Below are positions 62,939 through 64,000 of a DNA stretch of 64,000 bases, in pieces; position 1 is the first letter of the stretch, and every line of letters begins with the position of its first letter. Location of the stretch: the NCBI GenBank assembly GCA_963575745.1, contig CAUYUJ010000270.1:248001-312000 (forward strand), in the 5' to 3' direction. The notes beneath the pieces are model-generated. The model did no database searches and was not told where the DNA came from. It saw nothing but the letters and a program-made list of their open reading frames with translations. Origin of the DNA: Prorocentrum cordatum. Taxonomy: Eukaryota. Made by a program: the position numbers and the translations under genes.

Positions 62939-63991
62939 TCTCCTCCTCCTCCTCCCCCTTCTCCTCCTCCTCATCATGATCCTCCTCCTCCTCCTCCTCC
63001 TCCTCCTCCTCCTCATCCTGCTCATTCAACTCCTCATCCCCCTCTTCCTCCTCCTCCTCCTCCTCCTCCTCTTCCTCCTCCTCCTCCTCCTCCTCCTCCT
63101 CCTCCTGCCCCTCCCCAGAATGACTTGCGCAGATCCGAGGGCGCAAGCAGATCCCAGGGCGCCGAAGGCAGTCACTGAGGCAACGCACAACGACAACGCG
63201 TATGGCCGTTAAACCTCATCTCAAGGGGGGATCCCTCTGACATACCTCGTTGGCGTTCTCATATGTGGCAGCTTCGAGACCTTCGAGGGACAAACCTTCC
63301 TCCTCCTCCTCCTCCTCCTCCTCCTCCTCCTCCTCTTCCTCCTCCTCCTCCTCCAGCTGCCCCTGCTCCGCCTGTCCTCCTCCCTCCCCTCCTCCCTCCT
63401 CCTCTTCCTCTCGAGTGATAGGAAGCACGCCACAGTAAAAGCTGAAGAGCGCACGGCTTCCCGATCTGCGAGGCGCGGGAGTGCAGGCTGCCCCAGAGAA
63501 GCACCAGAAGACATACTTAGCCACCACCGGTCCTAAGGTCTCCTCTGCCCTTCCTCCTGAAGGTGGTGGTGGTGGTTGTCACGAAGGAAGAAGGTCCTAA
63601 AAAGATACAAGTTTGGGGCACCAGGAGCTTCCCCAGGACCGGGTCTCACCCTGGGTCATTGCTTGGTGTTGGGAAACCTCAGGGCCCCCTCTCACCTCCC
63701 ATCAAGACCCTTTGCCTTCGTGGTGGTAAAGATCCTCCCCACTCCTACCGGCACGCCGAACTCGTAGAACGTGGTGCCTGCTGGCACCAGGTGCCCCAGC
63801 GGTCGGGTCGCGAAGGTGCCTAGCACCCAAGCGCGGCAATCTGCCCCCTCCTCGTAGCGCTCGATCTGAAGCAGTCTGTCGCCGTGAGCGCCCGCCTTGC
63901 GGCGGAGGTCAGCGAAACGCTCCGCAGATCGCGTCACGATGCGGATCCTGAAGCCCTCCTGCAGCAACCTGAGAACGACGGGCGTGCCCAC
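62070..63991 (-). CDS. 3' exons of a CER1/CER3 (WAX2 C-terminal domain)-like gene: 63991-63749, 62852-62784, 62439-62329, 62141-62070
   Basis: Phase-0 exons with AG|G acceptors and GT/GC donors splice to VGTPVVLRLLQEGFRIRIVTRSAERF...CRAWVLG...PAGTTFYEFGVP|VSSAEF...ASMRVNRQ|VCDLTFC...ACLAATIIHGLEALEEHEVGE|VDVARMDGWLQLARKHGFEP. This parallels plant CER3/CER1 motifs as recalled (CKTWIVG, PAGTHFHQFVVP, HMLEGWxxHEVG, RHGF). Confidence 0.8.
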
Positions 63992-64000
63992 CTGCAGGTC

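Overview
This is eukaryotic, GC-rich, repeat-dense DNA, most likely a dinoflagellate nuclear genome. It carries many relics of the 22-nt dinoflagellate spliced leader (SL, DCCGTAGCCATTTTGGCTCAAG) and introns with GC/GA donors. Most ORF-track entries are simple-repeat artefacts. Contents in order: (1) 1-8.5 kb holds three minus-strand genes, including a CMC/EnSpm-type transposase (2..1321, open to the window edge and absent from the ORF track). (2) About 11.3-23.4 kb is a module punctuated by 32-33-bp tandem arrays. It has small SL-preceded ORFs and a spliced, degraded pogo-type (DD35D) transposase fused to a Ulp1/C48 protease, whose 4.25-kb intron contains a 1.15-kb repeat with ~430-bp palindromes. 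(3) A degraded Upf1-like helicase gene follows. (4) A frameshifted non-LTR retrotransposon (RT + RNase H) follows that. (5) A second non-LTR element starts with an SL relic and is split by (6). (6) An apparently complete 14,339-bp DNA transposon (38113..52451) has 36-bp TIRs, a 2-bp CA TSD, subterminal repeats, an intact CMC-type transposase and six further co-oriented ORFs. Its genes are laid out as SL relic - ORF - shared 3' motif (three genes) - A/C-rich spacer. (7) Microsatellites with a 100-N gap come next. (8) The window ends with the 3' exons of a CER1/CER3 (WAX2)-like host gene. All protein family calls are motif recognition by eye; no database searches were run.
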